Source: Peribolospora baueri
Taxonomy: Eukaryota
Reading direction: 5' to 3'
Assembly (NCBI GenBank): GCA_029717555.1
Contig: JAMDHS010000091.1
Location: 1-64,000 of the forward strand
Length of the DNA stretch: 64,000 nucleotides
The notes below the pieces were generated by a model. That model was not told the DNA's origin, searched no databases, and was given only the letters and a program-made list of their open reading frames with translations. Made by a program: the position numbers and the translations under genes. Positions within the stretch are counted from its first letter, which is position 1, and every line of letters begins with the position of its first letter. This document shows, one piece after another, positions 25,401 through 37,014 of this stretch.

Positions 25401-26523
25401 GGGTCGTTAGACCGAGGCAGAGGGGAAGGGTGACGGGCACGGCGGAGAGGGAATCAGATGGGGGTGGTTGGAGAAAAAAAGAGGACATGGGAGGATATAG
25501 GAGGGGAGGGAAGAGGGGAGGGAAGAGGGGTTGGGTCAGGTCAGTCAGATAACGGGGAATGGCGATGCGCCGGTTGAAAGGAAAAGATAGCCAACGCCGT
25601 CGAAGCCTTGCAGGCGGCCAATTCAAGGGTGTGGGCTGACGTCTGTCTGTCTGTTTGTCTGTCCGTCTGAAATGCAACAGATGGATAGTGACGGCCCTGA
25701 GTCTGACGGGTTCCTAGGTGTGTCACCTCGAGCGCTCGCCTTGTTCGCCTCGCCCCCTCCCAGTCGATAGATAGACACGGACACCATCCCTCCCTCCATC
25801 CATCCACTCGGCCACGCAGCCCAGGGACGGAACGGCCATGTCGAAGCGAGGAGGAGGTAGGACGCGTCGAACGCTCCGTCGGTGCGACTGACTGACTGAC
25901 TGATGATGGACTTGGGGGCTTTCTTATCTCTGCTTCCAGGGCCAACCAACGCGACCAACGCGACCAACCAGCGCACGGCCCAGCGGGAGATATGCGCCAC
26001 GCCCGGGCCGACGGCGACGGCGACGGCGACGGCGACACCGACCGACCGACGACTGTGAGAGAGAGTGAATGAACGAATGGAGAAGTTAGGGACCGGCACG
26101 AGCCATAAACATAACATAAACCCTTCATCTCGGACACGGCCAACCTTTAGAGCCAAGCACAACGCAGCGCAGCACGATGCGATATACCGACGAACGCAAG
26201 CGTCTTCCACATGCGGCGCAACGGCCGACTGGTAGTCTACATGTAGAGCAGTCGGCGTAAACCAAACAATGATGGCCACTAATCAATCGCGTATCGTACC
26301 ATGTCGTCGTCCTTCGAAGCGGCGGTTACATCACTGTGTCGGATCGAAAACGTGCTTCGAGTCAGAAAAGGATTGAATACGTATGGACAGGTAAAACAAA
26401 GTGCACCAGACAAAGAAAACGGACAGAGAAAGATAAGGGTAAAAAGAGGAAGAGGAAAGTACACGCTCGATCCCGCTCCTCTTCGTCACTCGAGATGGGA
26501 CCGAGAGGCGAGGGGTGGTAGAG

Positions 26524-26568
26524 GGATGGAGGAATGGATGGAGGAATGGATGGAGGAATGGATGGAGG
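26524..26568. repeat. 12-bp tandem repeat (GGATGGAGGAAT)x3+
   Basis: Three full copies plus one partial copy, intergenic. Confidence 0.85.
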
Positions 26569-26965
26569 GATAGATGGACAGGCGGGCGGTGGGAAGATAA
26601 TGATACGCAAGGGGACACGTATGGAGAGGACGAGGGCGAGGGCGAGACAGGGCAATAGACCGGCAGGGACGGGCAGAGAGCGGCGGAACGAGGAAGGAAG
26701 AGGAAAAAAGGAGGACGGGCCAAGACGATGATGACAGGGGCTCGGGAGAGGAGGACGCGGCCGTTTGTCGACGTACGCTCACCCAACGTGAGCCGGCACT
26801 TCCTCATCCTCATACTTGGATGGGAAAGAGGCACGCTGGCTCAAAGCTGGCACTAAGGTTCCCGGTGCGAGGGAGGAGACGAGCGAGGAAGGAAGGAGAG
26901 CGCAAGGCCACGTGGAGGGCCACCTACACAGCCGGCCCTTGGCGCAACCCAATCGTTCCCCCTCA

Positions 26966-29518
26966 TCACGTCCTGGTCGGGTCCTCGGAAGCGTCCATCA
27001 GACCTTCCGCCTTGACGGCGTCGCTCGGCGTCTCCGTCTTCGCCTCCACCTCGGCAACGCTCCCGTTCTTCTCCTCATCCACGTCTCTCTGCAGCTCCGC
27101 CGCGTAGTCCTCGCTCATGTCGTGCTTCGTCTCGGTGGACTCCGGGGACTGCACGATGTCCGGACGGGACGTGTGATCGATGGTCTGGCCCTCGCCGTCC
27201 GCCTGTCTCCTGGCCGAGCCCGAACCTTCGCCCTCCTCCACATCCTCCAGCTCCACCAACTGGCCGCCCTCCCCTACATGCTCGTCCGAGGAATCATCCT
27301 CGTTCACCACGTGCGTCTTGTACACGATGTCGCCTGTATGTGGATCAAGGAGAACACGCGCGAATAGGTGTCAGGCCGGGAATGAACATAAGTATATGCG
27401 CGCTAACCTTTCGTTCACTCGGAGGGACCATATGAAGAGTGCGACCCACCTTCGTCGTTCTCGCCGAGCCTTCCACCCGGTCTGAACACAAAGCCAGCGC
27501 TGCTGAGAGCGGACGCCAGGCCACCCGGAAGCATGAGTCCCGGTCCGCCTAGGGGACCATCGTCGTCGTCGCCCAGACCGCTGCCCCCCAATGCGCGCAG
27601 GACGCTGCCAGCTCCCAAGCCGGGTCTACCCGCACCGCCCGCGTTGTTGTGCGAGGTGAAGACGGGCGGGATATCCTCCGGCGTGTCCCAGCCGATTTTT
27701 TTCTCGACCCGGTCCGCCACCCAGTCGTACCACTCCTCCTTCGTGCGCCCGTTCAGGATGGCGACCACAGACGCTGTCATGTTGTCGCAGCCCACCCCAC
27801 CCATTTCGCTTTCCGGTGCTAGACACCGATCCATGAGCTCCTCGCAGATCGTTTGCAGCTCTTTTCGCTGCGCGATCTGTCGTCGTACAAAGTCGACTAC
27901 TTGCTGGTTGTTCAGACAGTCCCAGATACCTTTGCGTCCCGCACGAATGACGACAAATGAATGAGACGCAACCGTTCGTGCATAAGAAGCGTGGGTGGGC
28001 ACTCGACGACTCACCATCGCAAGCCAATATGAGAAATTCCTCCTCTCCCTCCACATCATGGGTGATGACCTCCGGATTCGCCGTGACGATCTGCTCCTCC
28101 GGGTTGAGTCCCTCGTGTCGCTTGAATTCAAAGTCGCCAATGGCTCGCGAGAGAGCGAGATTGCCTATGGGAATGGATGTGAGAAGGATCGATCGGTCTC
28201 AGACATTGACCCGCAGGGTGAAGACGTCTTCCTTCCACTCGATCAGCCCTCATATTCACCGTTGACCCTTCCAAACTCGACGAACCCTCCAGCGGAGACG
28301 ATGCGCTCGTTCTCATCCTTGTTCCCCGGCTTGTGGTCGAAGCTCATGGCTTTGGCCTGTCCCTTGACGGAGAGGACGGAACGAGAGTCGCCGGCGTTGG
28401 CCACATATATGCGTCGCGGCCACTGGGCCTTCTTGCCATCGGAACCTTCCACAGACGAGGGGCCGACAAGAAGCGCCGAGACGGCGGTGCAACCGGATGG
28501 GTCGTTGTCGAACTCGGGATCTGGGACGGAGATGTGCCAGGGGGGGGGGGGGCACAGCCGTCAGCGTTCGTTCACGACATCCCGCGCTGACCGCAGCGTC
28601 GTGTGACCGTATCTTGACAGAGTTGACGCCACGGAAGTGGAAGCACTGGACGCCAGCACTATGTCCCGTGTGTATGCACTCACTTGCACGTAGGGCTTCA
28701 TCCGTCTGCAGGTAAGCGTGCTTGAGAGCGGCTTCGTAATCGCCCCTTCTCCATGCATCATTGTCGACCAGTCGTTTGTGCACCGTTTCCCCGCTGAATC
28801 GCGCAACAGTCGAGCCTGCCCGCCATACGTAGCCGGAGCAGGACGGAGGTCAGGAGAGCGATCGGCGCCCATGTCAGCTAAGGATCTCCGATAGTCGGTG
28901 CGGTGCGACGAGGATGAGGTCAGGATGACTGAGGACTGAGGGAGTACTGACCACCGTGGCCGTCGTAGACCGCGAAGAAAGCGCACTTGTCCGGACCGAC
29001 TTCAGGCTGCTGAAGGACGAGCACGTTGGCGTGGGCATCCTCCATGCCTGTGGGGTAGAAGAAGAGGTGATGAGCCACCGGTCACAAGGAGCCAGACGTT
29101 GGGCTCGATGATCGGTGTTCGATGCGAACTGAGTAAAAGGGAGAGAGCGAGCGACCGCCGACGTGCATGCGCCAGCACTCACTAATCCTCCAGCCCTGCA
29201 TCTCGCTCACGCCGAACACGAGCCTCTCGTCCTCGCCGAATTGCGACCTTTTGTCGGTGGCGGGTTCTGGAGCGGACGAACGGGAGAAGGAGAGGATGGG
29301 ACGACGGAGATCCAAAGTCAGCCATGAAGGACGAGAGGCCACAGGGGCGAGCCGGAGGAGGCGATGGGGACGAGCGCAGCTCCGGCCTGTGCGGTCCTTG
29401 CGTCCGACAGGCCCCGAGGAGCACGCTCCCTCTCGCCGCTAGAACGTGAGGCGGGGCGTTGCGGTGGGAAGGCGCAAGAGGGGAGGAAAGTGTGCGCACC
29501 CGATAATGTCTGACCCAT
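26966..29518 (-). CDS. PTC2: PP2C (PPM) protein phosphatase, Ptc2/Ptc3-like, spliced
   Basis: MGQTLSEP start; [68 protein letters not shown] and GCDNMT; acidic C-terminal tail. Confidence 0.93.
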
Positions 29519-30463
29519 GACGAGAGAGGGCGAAAAAAGGCGGGCGAGGGGGAGGAAGGAGGGAGGTGGCAGGCGAGCGAGGGCGTGGAGAACGGAAGTC
29601 TAGGGGGCGGAAGAAGGGGATCGGGGCGAGGTTCTTGAACGTCTTATGGGAGGGACGAAGGGAGGGACGGATCGGGTGGTGACGAAGGACGAGGGGCGAC
29701 GGCGGGCGAGGCGGGGGCAAAGGAGCGATGGGCTTGGCGGAGGGAGGAGAGAGCGGGGCGTGGGACAAGAGAGGCGGGCGAGGGATTTGGGATGGGCGAT
29801 GGGCGAAGAAGGGGAGGGATGGCGACGGTGGAGGATGATAGTGATGGTGAGGATGATGGTGAGGAAAGAAAGACAAGAGAGAGTGAAATTCGTGCGCGGG
29901 CACGCGACGGTCGACGAATAGACGGATGGCCGGCCGGACTGAGACGGAGTGACGGACGGCCGGAGTGGGGCAAGCAGGCCGCGAAGGAAAGGCGACCAGA
30001 GCCACTCAGAGCAGGCACGCGTCGAGCCAGGCGACGCGGCCAGGCCAGGCCAAGCCAGCAGAAAGAAACGTGTCGTCAACGCGCATCCCCCACCGCCCTC
30101 TCTCTTCCCTCTTCTTCGCTTCAACACGTCGCCCTTCTTTCTTCGGTGTCGATTCCATATCTCACGACACCACACACAACCAACCACCGCACCAGCGCAC
30201 CATTGTCCCCACCGGCACGCTCCTCAACGCTCCGCCCTCGACCTCGGCTCGGACGCGGACGTGAATCGCGAGGAAAATCTCTGACCGACGTCGTCTCGCC
30301 GCAGCAATGGCTTTTTCGCACGCGCCCGCCACCTTCACGACGAGCGAACGACGGACGGAGGAGCCCGCAGCGACCCCAAGCTCCTTCCTGTTCTCGCCCC
30401 AGGTCCATCTCACACTTCTTCCATCTGACAACCCGACGGCTCGAGGCAGGCTAGTCGTCCAAG

Positions 30464-32230
30464 ATGGTGAGCGATCGATGCAGACAAGGCACGGCTTCTT
30501 CCCCGTCGCATGTGCCGTCCACTCACCATCTGCCCTTCTCCGCCCCTTCGTCCTCGCAGCGTCCGATTCTTCTTTCTGGTCAGTGCACATGACATGACAT
30601 CCCACGCTCTTGTCCACGCCAGACCCCGCTCACAAGCCCGATCGTCGCTATTCTATGGCGTCTTGCAGGTCACGAGCGTTCGCTCACACAGGTCAAGTTT
30701 AACCGCGAGGGCGACCTCCTCTTCTCCACCGCAAAGGACCACGTCGTCAACGCTTGGTTCTCCCATAACGGAGAACGCCTCGGCACCTATGATGGTCACA
30801 AGGGAACGGTGTGGACCATGGATGTGGACTGTGAGCGCCGCACTTTCCCTCTTCCTGCCAACGGACGGACGCGCTCTATGTCTTGAGACGCCATCATACG
30901 TTATGATCTTGCTCATGAACGTCGGTGTCGTCTTGCTTTCCCTAGCCCAATCCAAATACCTCGTCACGGGAGCGGCAGACAACTCGCTGAAACTCTGGGA
31001 GGTGGCTACGGGCGAGCTCCTCTACTCTTGGGAATTCCCCACCGCTGTCAAGAGGGTAGCTTGGTCGGAGGATGACAGCCAAGTGCTGGCTGTCACGGTG
31101 GCTCGAATGGGTCACCGGGGGACGGTCAAGGTGTTTGCGATCAACAGGGATGAGCCTCAGAACCGTGAGTTTCTCTTCCGTGCTCACTTCTTCGTCTCGG
31201 GCTCCCTTCTTCATGCGAGTCGGGCATCTTCGCAGTAAGTACAACAGTGCTCACAGCCGCCCTTTCGTCCACCTCCAGAGAGCCCCGAGCCTCTTCGAAC
31301 GATCACCTTCTCCGGCTCCCAAGCGACCGTCGCCGCCTTTTCCGCTCTCGACACACACATCATCACCGGCCACGAGGACGGCAAGGTCAGTCTGTTCTAC
31401 CACGACCCCAAGGAACCTGAGAGCGGCGTGGATGTCGAGTTGGAAGAGAGGTCCAACGAGGACGGTCATGCGGGCAGCGCCATTACCGATCTCCAGATGA
31501 GCCTCGACCGCACCTACTTCGTTACCAGTTCCAAGGACAAGAGCGCAAAGGTGAGCGTCTCCACGCGGGTCCATTGGTCAAACCGATCGGCCCATTTTTT
31601 TTTCGAGTCTTCCCCTTCGTGTCGCTTACCGTAGGTGACTTTGTTCCATCCTGCAGCTCTTTGATTCCAAAGACTTGTCCGTCATCAAGACGTTCGCGAC
31701 CGAGACGCCGCTGAACAGCGCATCCATCCACCCCACAAAGCCTTATGTGAGTTCGGTGGCCAGTTGGTTTTCAGGCATTCCCCGTCCTTTTCCTACGACC
31801 AAGACTCACTGGCATCACCACCATGTTCATCTCTCCACATCCGCAGGTCATCGTGGGAGGAGGTCAAGAGGCGATGAACGTGACGACGACATCAGCGCGA
31901 CAGGGCAAGTTCGAGACAAGGTTCTGGCACAAGGTGTTCGAAGAGGTGCGTGCAGATGGAGCTCGATCGAGGTCATATTCCAAGTTCTAACGTCGGCTTA
32001 TTCTATATGACCGACCATTCCCTCCTTTTCGCTACGACCTGCGACCGCAGGAATGCGCACGACTGCCCGGTCACTTCGGACCCATCAACACGATCGCCAT
32101 CCACCCGGCCGGCAAGGCCTTTGCCACAGGAGGCGAGGACGGCTACGTGCGCGTAAACCACTTCGACGACAGCTTCTTCCGCAGCCGACCGTACGGCGCC
32201 GACCTGGAGCTTGCTGGCGAGGATCAGTAA
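30464..32230 (+). CDS. TIF34: Translation initiation factor 3 subunit I (WD40), spliced
   Basis: [70 protein letters not shown]; stop at 32228-32230. Confidence 0.95.
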
Positions 32231-33783
32231 GCATGGATGATGTATGTGGCAGGCGTGGGAAGGAGAACGAGAACGAGCTTGTTTGGGTGGTGTAGCGACG
32301 GTCTGAGGGGACGTTGGGGAGTAGACCCCCGCTGTACATTACGTACAGCATCGGGCGCGCAAAATGGATCGGAGAGCATCGCTCTCCGTCGCTTCTTTCC
32401 ATTTCCATTTCCGTTTCCGTTTTCCTATACGTGCATGGCTTTCGTTTCGCGAGACGCCGTGTGGCACATGCCCGCGACCGACGCGTGGTTGCCGCAGCAC
32501 TCTTGTCCGATCTTTTCATTCAAAACGCAGCCCATCCGCTTTTTTTTTTTTCCTTCTTCTCTTCCATAACTCATTTCACAGGCCGTCATTATTGTCGTGC
32601 GCTCGTATCCGCCTCTCCTTCCCTCTTGACTCTTGACTTTTACTTGAGGAAAGGTGGGAAGGAGACGCGCTCATCGCCGAGCTCACTCTACAGACGTGCC
32701 TCAGAACGTGTACGACTCGCGGGCCGGCCAGCTGGAAGCGGTCGACGGGGCTCCGCCTCGTATGGGATTTTCATTTTCCTTACCAGCCTGTCCACATCTC
32801 TCTTTTTTTCCCCCCCGTCCGTCGTCGTCGTCGTCGTCGTCGTATCTGGCATGCCTTTTCGTCTTCTTCCTTTGCCCTTGATTGTAATTATGCCGTGTCC
32901 CACCTTTGCCCGCGGCTGCCGACTTGAAAGGAATTGTAGTGACGAGCTAAAGCCGACGCATCCCAGAGAGATGGGGGAGCATTACGAAGGCGACATCCCA
33001 TATCGTTCTACCGTTCTATTTTCTTTCAACACGGGTCGCGAGTTTGTTGGCTCGCTGGCTGGCGAACTGGATACGTCGTGGCTCTTCACACGTTGGCTGA
33101 CCCTAACGGTGAAAATGGGAAGCGAAGAAGAAACATCAGTTTGTGTCCTCTATGACCTCGGGCCACCGGTCTCCTAGTCGAGGAAGGCGGGCCTTCACAC
33201 ATGTCTAGCGGGTTCGTGGAGATGGGGTTGTCATCCTGATTTCTACCCCATGCCAGGACAGGATGTATGGTCTTCGTCGCACCACATGCAGGCACGCCCT
33301 TGAGTAGAAAGAAGCAGAGCTAGCGACGTTGGTTTTTCACCATTGCAATGCCCAATTCTAGAAGACCCGGTGTCGAATCCAATGTCACACTCGTGGCCTG
33401 GCCAGAGCGCGGCTCATATTGGCGCTTGTATGTATGGATCTGTCCGCCCGCATCCGCATCTCTCCCCTCCCCTCTCCACTTCCTTCCGATCTCGTCCTTC
33501 CTTCACGAGGACGATGGGATAAATCCTTGTCGACGGCTTGGCAGACGTAGAGCTTTCGGGCACTAGCCCACATACCCGCCCCTCTTCTCGACGTCATATC
33601 GACAAGAGGGGGTGTTTCTCTCAGACGGATTCGCTCTCTCACTTTCTGGAGGGCGGTTCTGCTCCTTTTTCACGCCAACTGTGACGACCCGGCCCACGTC
33701 GTGAAAGCCTCCAAATATACCTATACCAATCGATTGCTCAGGCGTTCTAGTTCCTGACAGCGATGCATAAATGGTAGAATACA

Positions 33784-34627
33784 TCAAACAGATCCATTAG
33801 GGTCGGCAACGGCGGGCGACTCTGACGGAGACGAGGACGGGCGGGCCTTGGCAGAGTCAAAGTCAGGCGAGCCGGTGAGCATCTTGCGCGCTTCAATGTG
33901 TGCCAGTCTTCGTTCATTCAGGACCAGCTTGATGCGCGCCATGGATTTCCGGACCTGCGAAGATTCCAAACCATCGAACCGGGGGGACGGCTAAGCGGTC
34001 CGTGATTGACACGCCTATGACGCAGACAACTCACCCGATGCAGCTTTGGATGGATGACGACCGCAACAGCAGCTGAATTGCCGTACCGGGCCAGCTCGTC
34101 TCGACTGGAGGCAAGCCTGTTGCGCTCCATGAGGAGCACGTACCAGAGAGTGTGCAGGTCGGCGGATGACTTGAGGCGCAGTTCGGAGGCGCGCCAAGAT
34201 CGGCCTGAGGACGCCGGGGGAGGAAGGATGTGAAAGACGTATCAGCTCTGACATCGCACAAGGCAAGTATCCAGACGTTTTCCCGAGATGGCAAGGGAGG
34301 GTTCTCACCGGAAGCGTCACTCTCGCTTGGCGGCTTGATGGCCACCATCTCATCTGGCGCCCCATCAGCGGTGTGGAAGAACAGACGAAGCCCGTGATTC
34401 GGGCTCGTGGGGTTGGCCACAGGGGGCGCTTTCTCCTTCGAGGGGGCGTCCACAACAGAGGCTGAAGCCGATCTGGAGGTCGATGACGATGAGGAGTCGG
34501 TGGCGTCTGCGAAGAAGGAGGGCGTGCTGGAGAAGAAGCGCAGGCCGGCGGAAGACGTAGACGCCAAAGGGGGTCGGGCGGCGAAGCTCAAGTTTGCAAG
34601 AGTGTGGAATGCCCGTTTCGCCAGCAT
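33784..34627 (-). CDS. MRPL4: Mitochondrial large-subunit ribosomal protein uL29m (MRPL4/L47), spliced
   Basis: Arg/Ser-rich presequence MLAKRAFHTL...; GRSWRASELRLKSSADLHTLWYVLLMERNRLAS; VRKSMARIKLVLNERR. Confidence 0.9.
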
Positions 34628-34899
34628 GTTGACGACGTTTGCTCCTTGGCTGTGATGACGTCGGAAGGGAGGAGACGAAGCAGGTTCGATACGGCGTGAT
34701 ACGGAGAGAGCAAGAAGATCTCATCAAGTGCTCGAACCGCTTTTGTCCTCTTCTTCCTTGTGCACGTGACTCGCACACTCGAAAACACGTAACGATCGCC
34801 CTCTCCTATCCCACCAACCGCCACTACCTTTACCTCTCAGTCCAGAGAGCCCAGACTATTGTCGCACCATCCTCCCAACCGACAACGCTTAGCTTTGTG

Positions 34900-36759
34900 A
34901 TGTCTGGCGAGCTCAACGTGTCGTCACTCAAAGTCGCCGAGCTCAAGGTCGAGCTGTCCAAGCGCGGTCTACCTGTGAGCGGCCTCAAGAAGGACCTTGC
35001 GAAGCGCTTGACCGACTTCCTGGAAGGGAAATTCTCGCTGACACCCGAATCCGGTGTCTCCGAGGAAGGGGACAAGGAGGCGACTAAACAACAAAGTGGA
35101 GACGAGGCACGGATCGAACAGCTGCCGAACGGCGCGTCAGACACCGTGAATTCTTCTGCGAGTGCTACCGTCTCTCAACCTGCAGCCCAAACTCCAGCAG
35201 ATGAGCCAGTCAGTGGCGCGACGGACGTGGATGCCTCCGGAGGTATGAAGCGGAAACGAGACGACGAAGACGACGAAAACGACGGTTCAGGTACGTTTGG
35301 CGCCTTTCATCCGGCTTTTCTGCCCTGTTGATCTCGTCATTTTTTTGCGTATCCATGCTCACATCTGCTCTCTATTTCTTCCATAGGCCAAGCAGACCCC
35401 AAATCCCAAGCATCTTCCCGGTCTCTTTCCAAGCCTCCAGTTGAACCTTCTGCGGATGAGGAAGCGCAACGCACCAAAAGGCTGCGCTCAGAGCATGCTG
35501 ACGACGCCGCTTCAGATAGGCATAAAAGTGACGGGCGCGCAGCGAAGGGAGAAGGCTATAAGATCAACGGTGCGGCAGCCGCACGCAGGGCGGAAGAGGC
35601 GGAGACTATGCCGTCCTCCAATCCTTTGCCGCATTCGTCTGAAGGGTTCCGCCGATCACCGTCTTCGCCCTCTTCACGGAAACACGGCCATTCGCCATCG
35701 CAAACGAGACGTCGAAGAGGCTCTCGAGCTGAGAAGTCGCCTTCTCCCGAGGTCAACCATAGACCGAGCGCGGTGGAGACCGCGAGCTCGGCTCCAGCCC
35801 CGCAACCCGGCGAAACGAGGTCTCTTTACATTAGCAACCTTCACCGGCCTCTCACGTTGCCTCAAATGAGGGAATACGTGAGCCAGCATGGAGAACTTGT
35901 TAGGGATGGCGAAGGCTTCGATGGCGTCTGGCTAGATGGCGTCAAAGCCCACGCGTACATCACTTACTCCACGCTGGAAAGCGCCAAGGCTGCGCAAAAG
36001 GCCATTCAAGGGGACGTCTTCCCCCCCGGGCACGGCAGGAAGATCGACGCCGTTTTCGTGCCGACTGCGAAGGTTGCGGCTTTTGTCAAAGTGGAGACCG
36101 ATGCTTGGAAGGACGGGCGCCGCAGGTTGCAGTTGTTGGTGCGACCAGCAGGCGAAGGTGAAAGCGAAGGGGGAGAGGCGGAATCAGCCCCGAATGACGG
36201 GGAGGCAGGCAAAGGTTTCGTATTCCTCCTAGAGCCTTTTGACCCTTCATCCGGTTCTGGACCACGTCCGGCCGGCCTTGCTTCTGCGCCACCCCCGCCG
36301 CTGCCGAAGGGAGCACGTTCGTCTTTCGCATCCGGTCATTTCTCGCCTCTCAGTGCACCTCCGAGTCGATTCTCCGCTGCAGCAGCCGCGACCGCCGCCG
36401 CCGCATCCTCCCGCGTTCCACTTAACACACCCGCCGGCCCAAGGAATGACCGCCGGGCGAGCCTGAATGCTCGAGGAGACGATGGCGCCCGCCTGACGAT
36501 TGCTACCCCGCAGCTCTACTATAAGCCTGTCAGTGAGGTAGAGGCGGCGGAACGTCTGCGCGCTCTGGAACGAGAGTTTCGAGGCAAGCGGACAGGCGCC
36601 ATTGGCTATCCGCGTGATAACAGGCCTGCGTGGGGTCGTCGCGATGGCGGATGGACCGATCGGCCGGAGTACGCGTACGGCAGGAGTGGCGGCTACGAGA
36701 GGGGACGTTGGGGTCGCAGAGGTCGCAGGGCCGCAGACACTTGGCGGCCTGGCGAGTAG
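34900..36759 (+). CDS. SAP domain + RRM + RSB-motif protein (Acinus-like, exon-junction-complex associated), spliced
   Basis: SAP SSLKVAELKVELSKRGLPVSGLKKDLAKRL; RRM LYISNLHRPLT...WLDGVKAHAYITY; RSB-like TIATPQLYYKPVSE; RG-rich tail. Confidence 0.8.
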
Positions 36760-37014
36760 TTCGTCGGTCGGTTTTTCGCGCGCGTTTGGATGTGGTCATC
36801 CCCATTGCAGCCCCTGTGGCTCGCTACTCGAAGACCTGGTGTGGCAACTGAAACTATCCCGAGAAATGGTGCAACATACTGTAACTAGACGGTCAGATGG
36901 AGGGGAACGGAGAGGTGCCATGAATGAAATGCGCCACGTGATGATAGTGATCGAAATGAGCGTGCGGGGTACGTGCGCGCCGCGAATACAACTCTCATCA
37001 CTGTACATACTACC

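Noticed and set aside
26524..26568. Short direct repeats considered as CRISPR-like
   Set aside because: Head-to-tail repeats without spacers, in a eukaryotic context with no cas genes.
25541..26834. Several 160-220 aa ORFs between the kinase and PP2C
   Set aside because: They are built from microsatellites (GACGGC, TCTG, GGATGGAGGAAT) and look like low-complexity intergenic sequence.
32314..33177. 287-aa + strand ORF downstream of eIF3i
   Set aside because: It runs through 3'UTR-like poly-T and (GTC)n tracts, has no domain and lacks a convincing ATG start.
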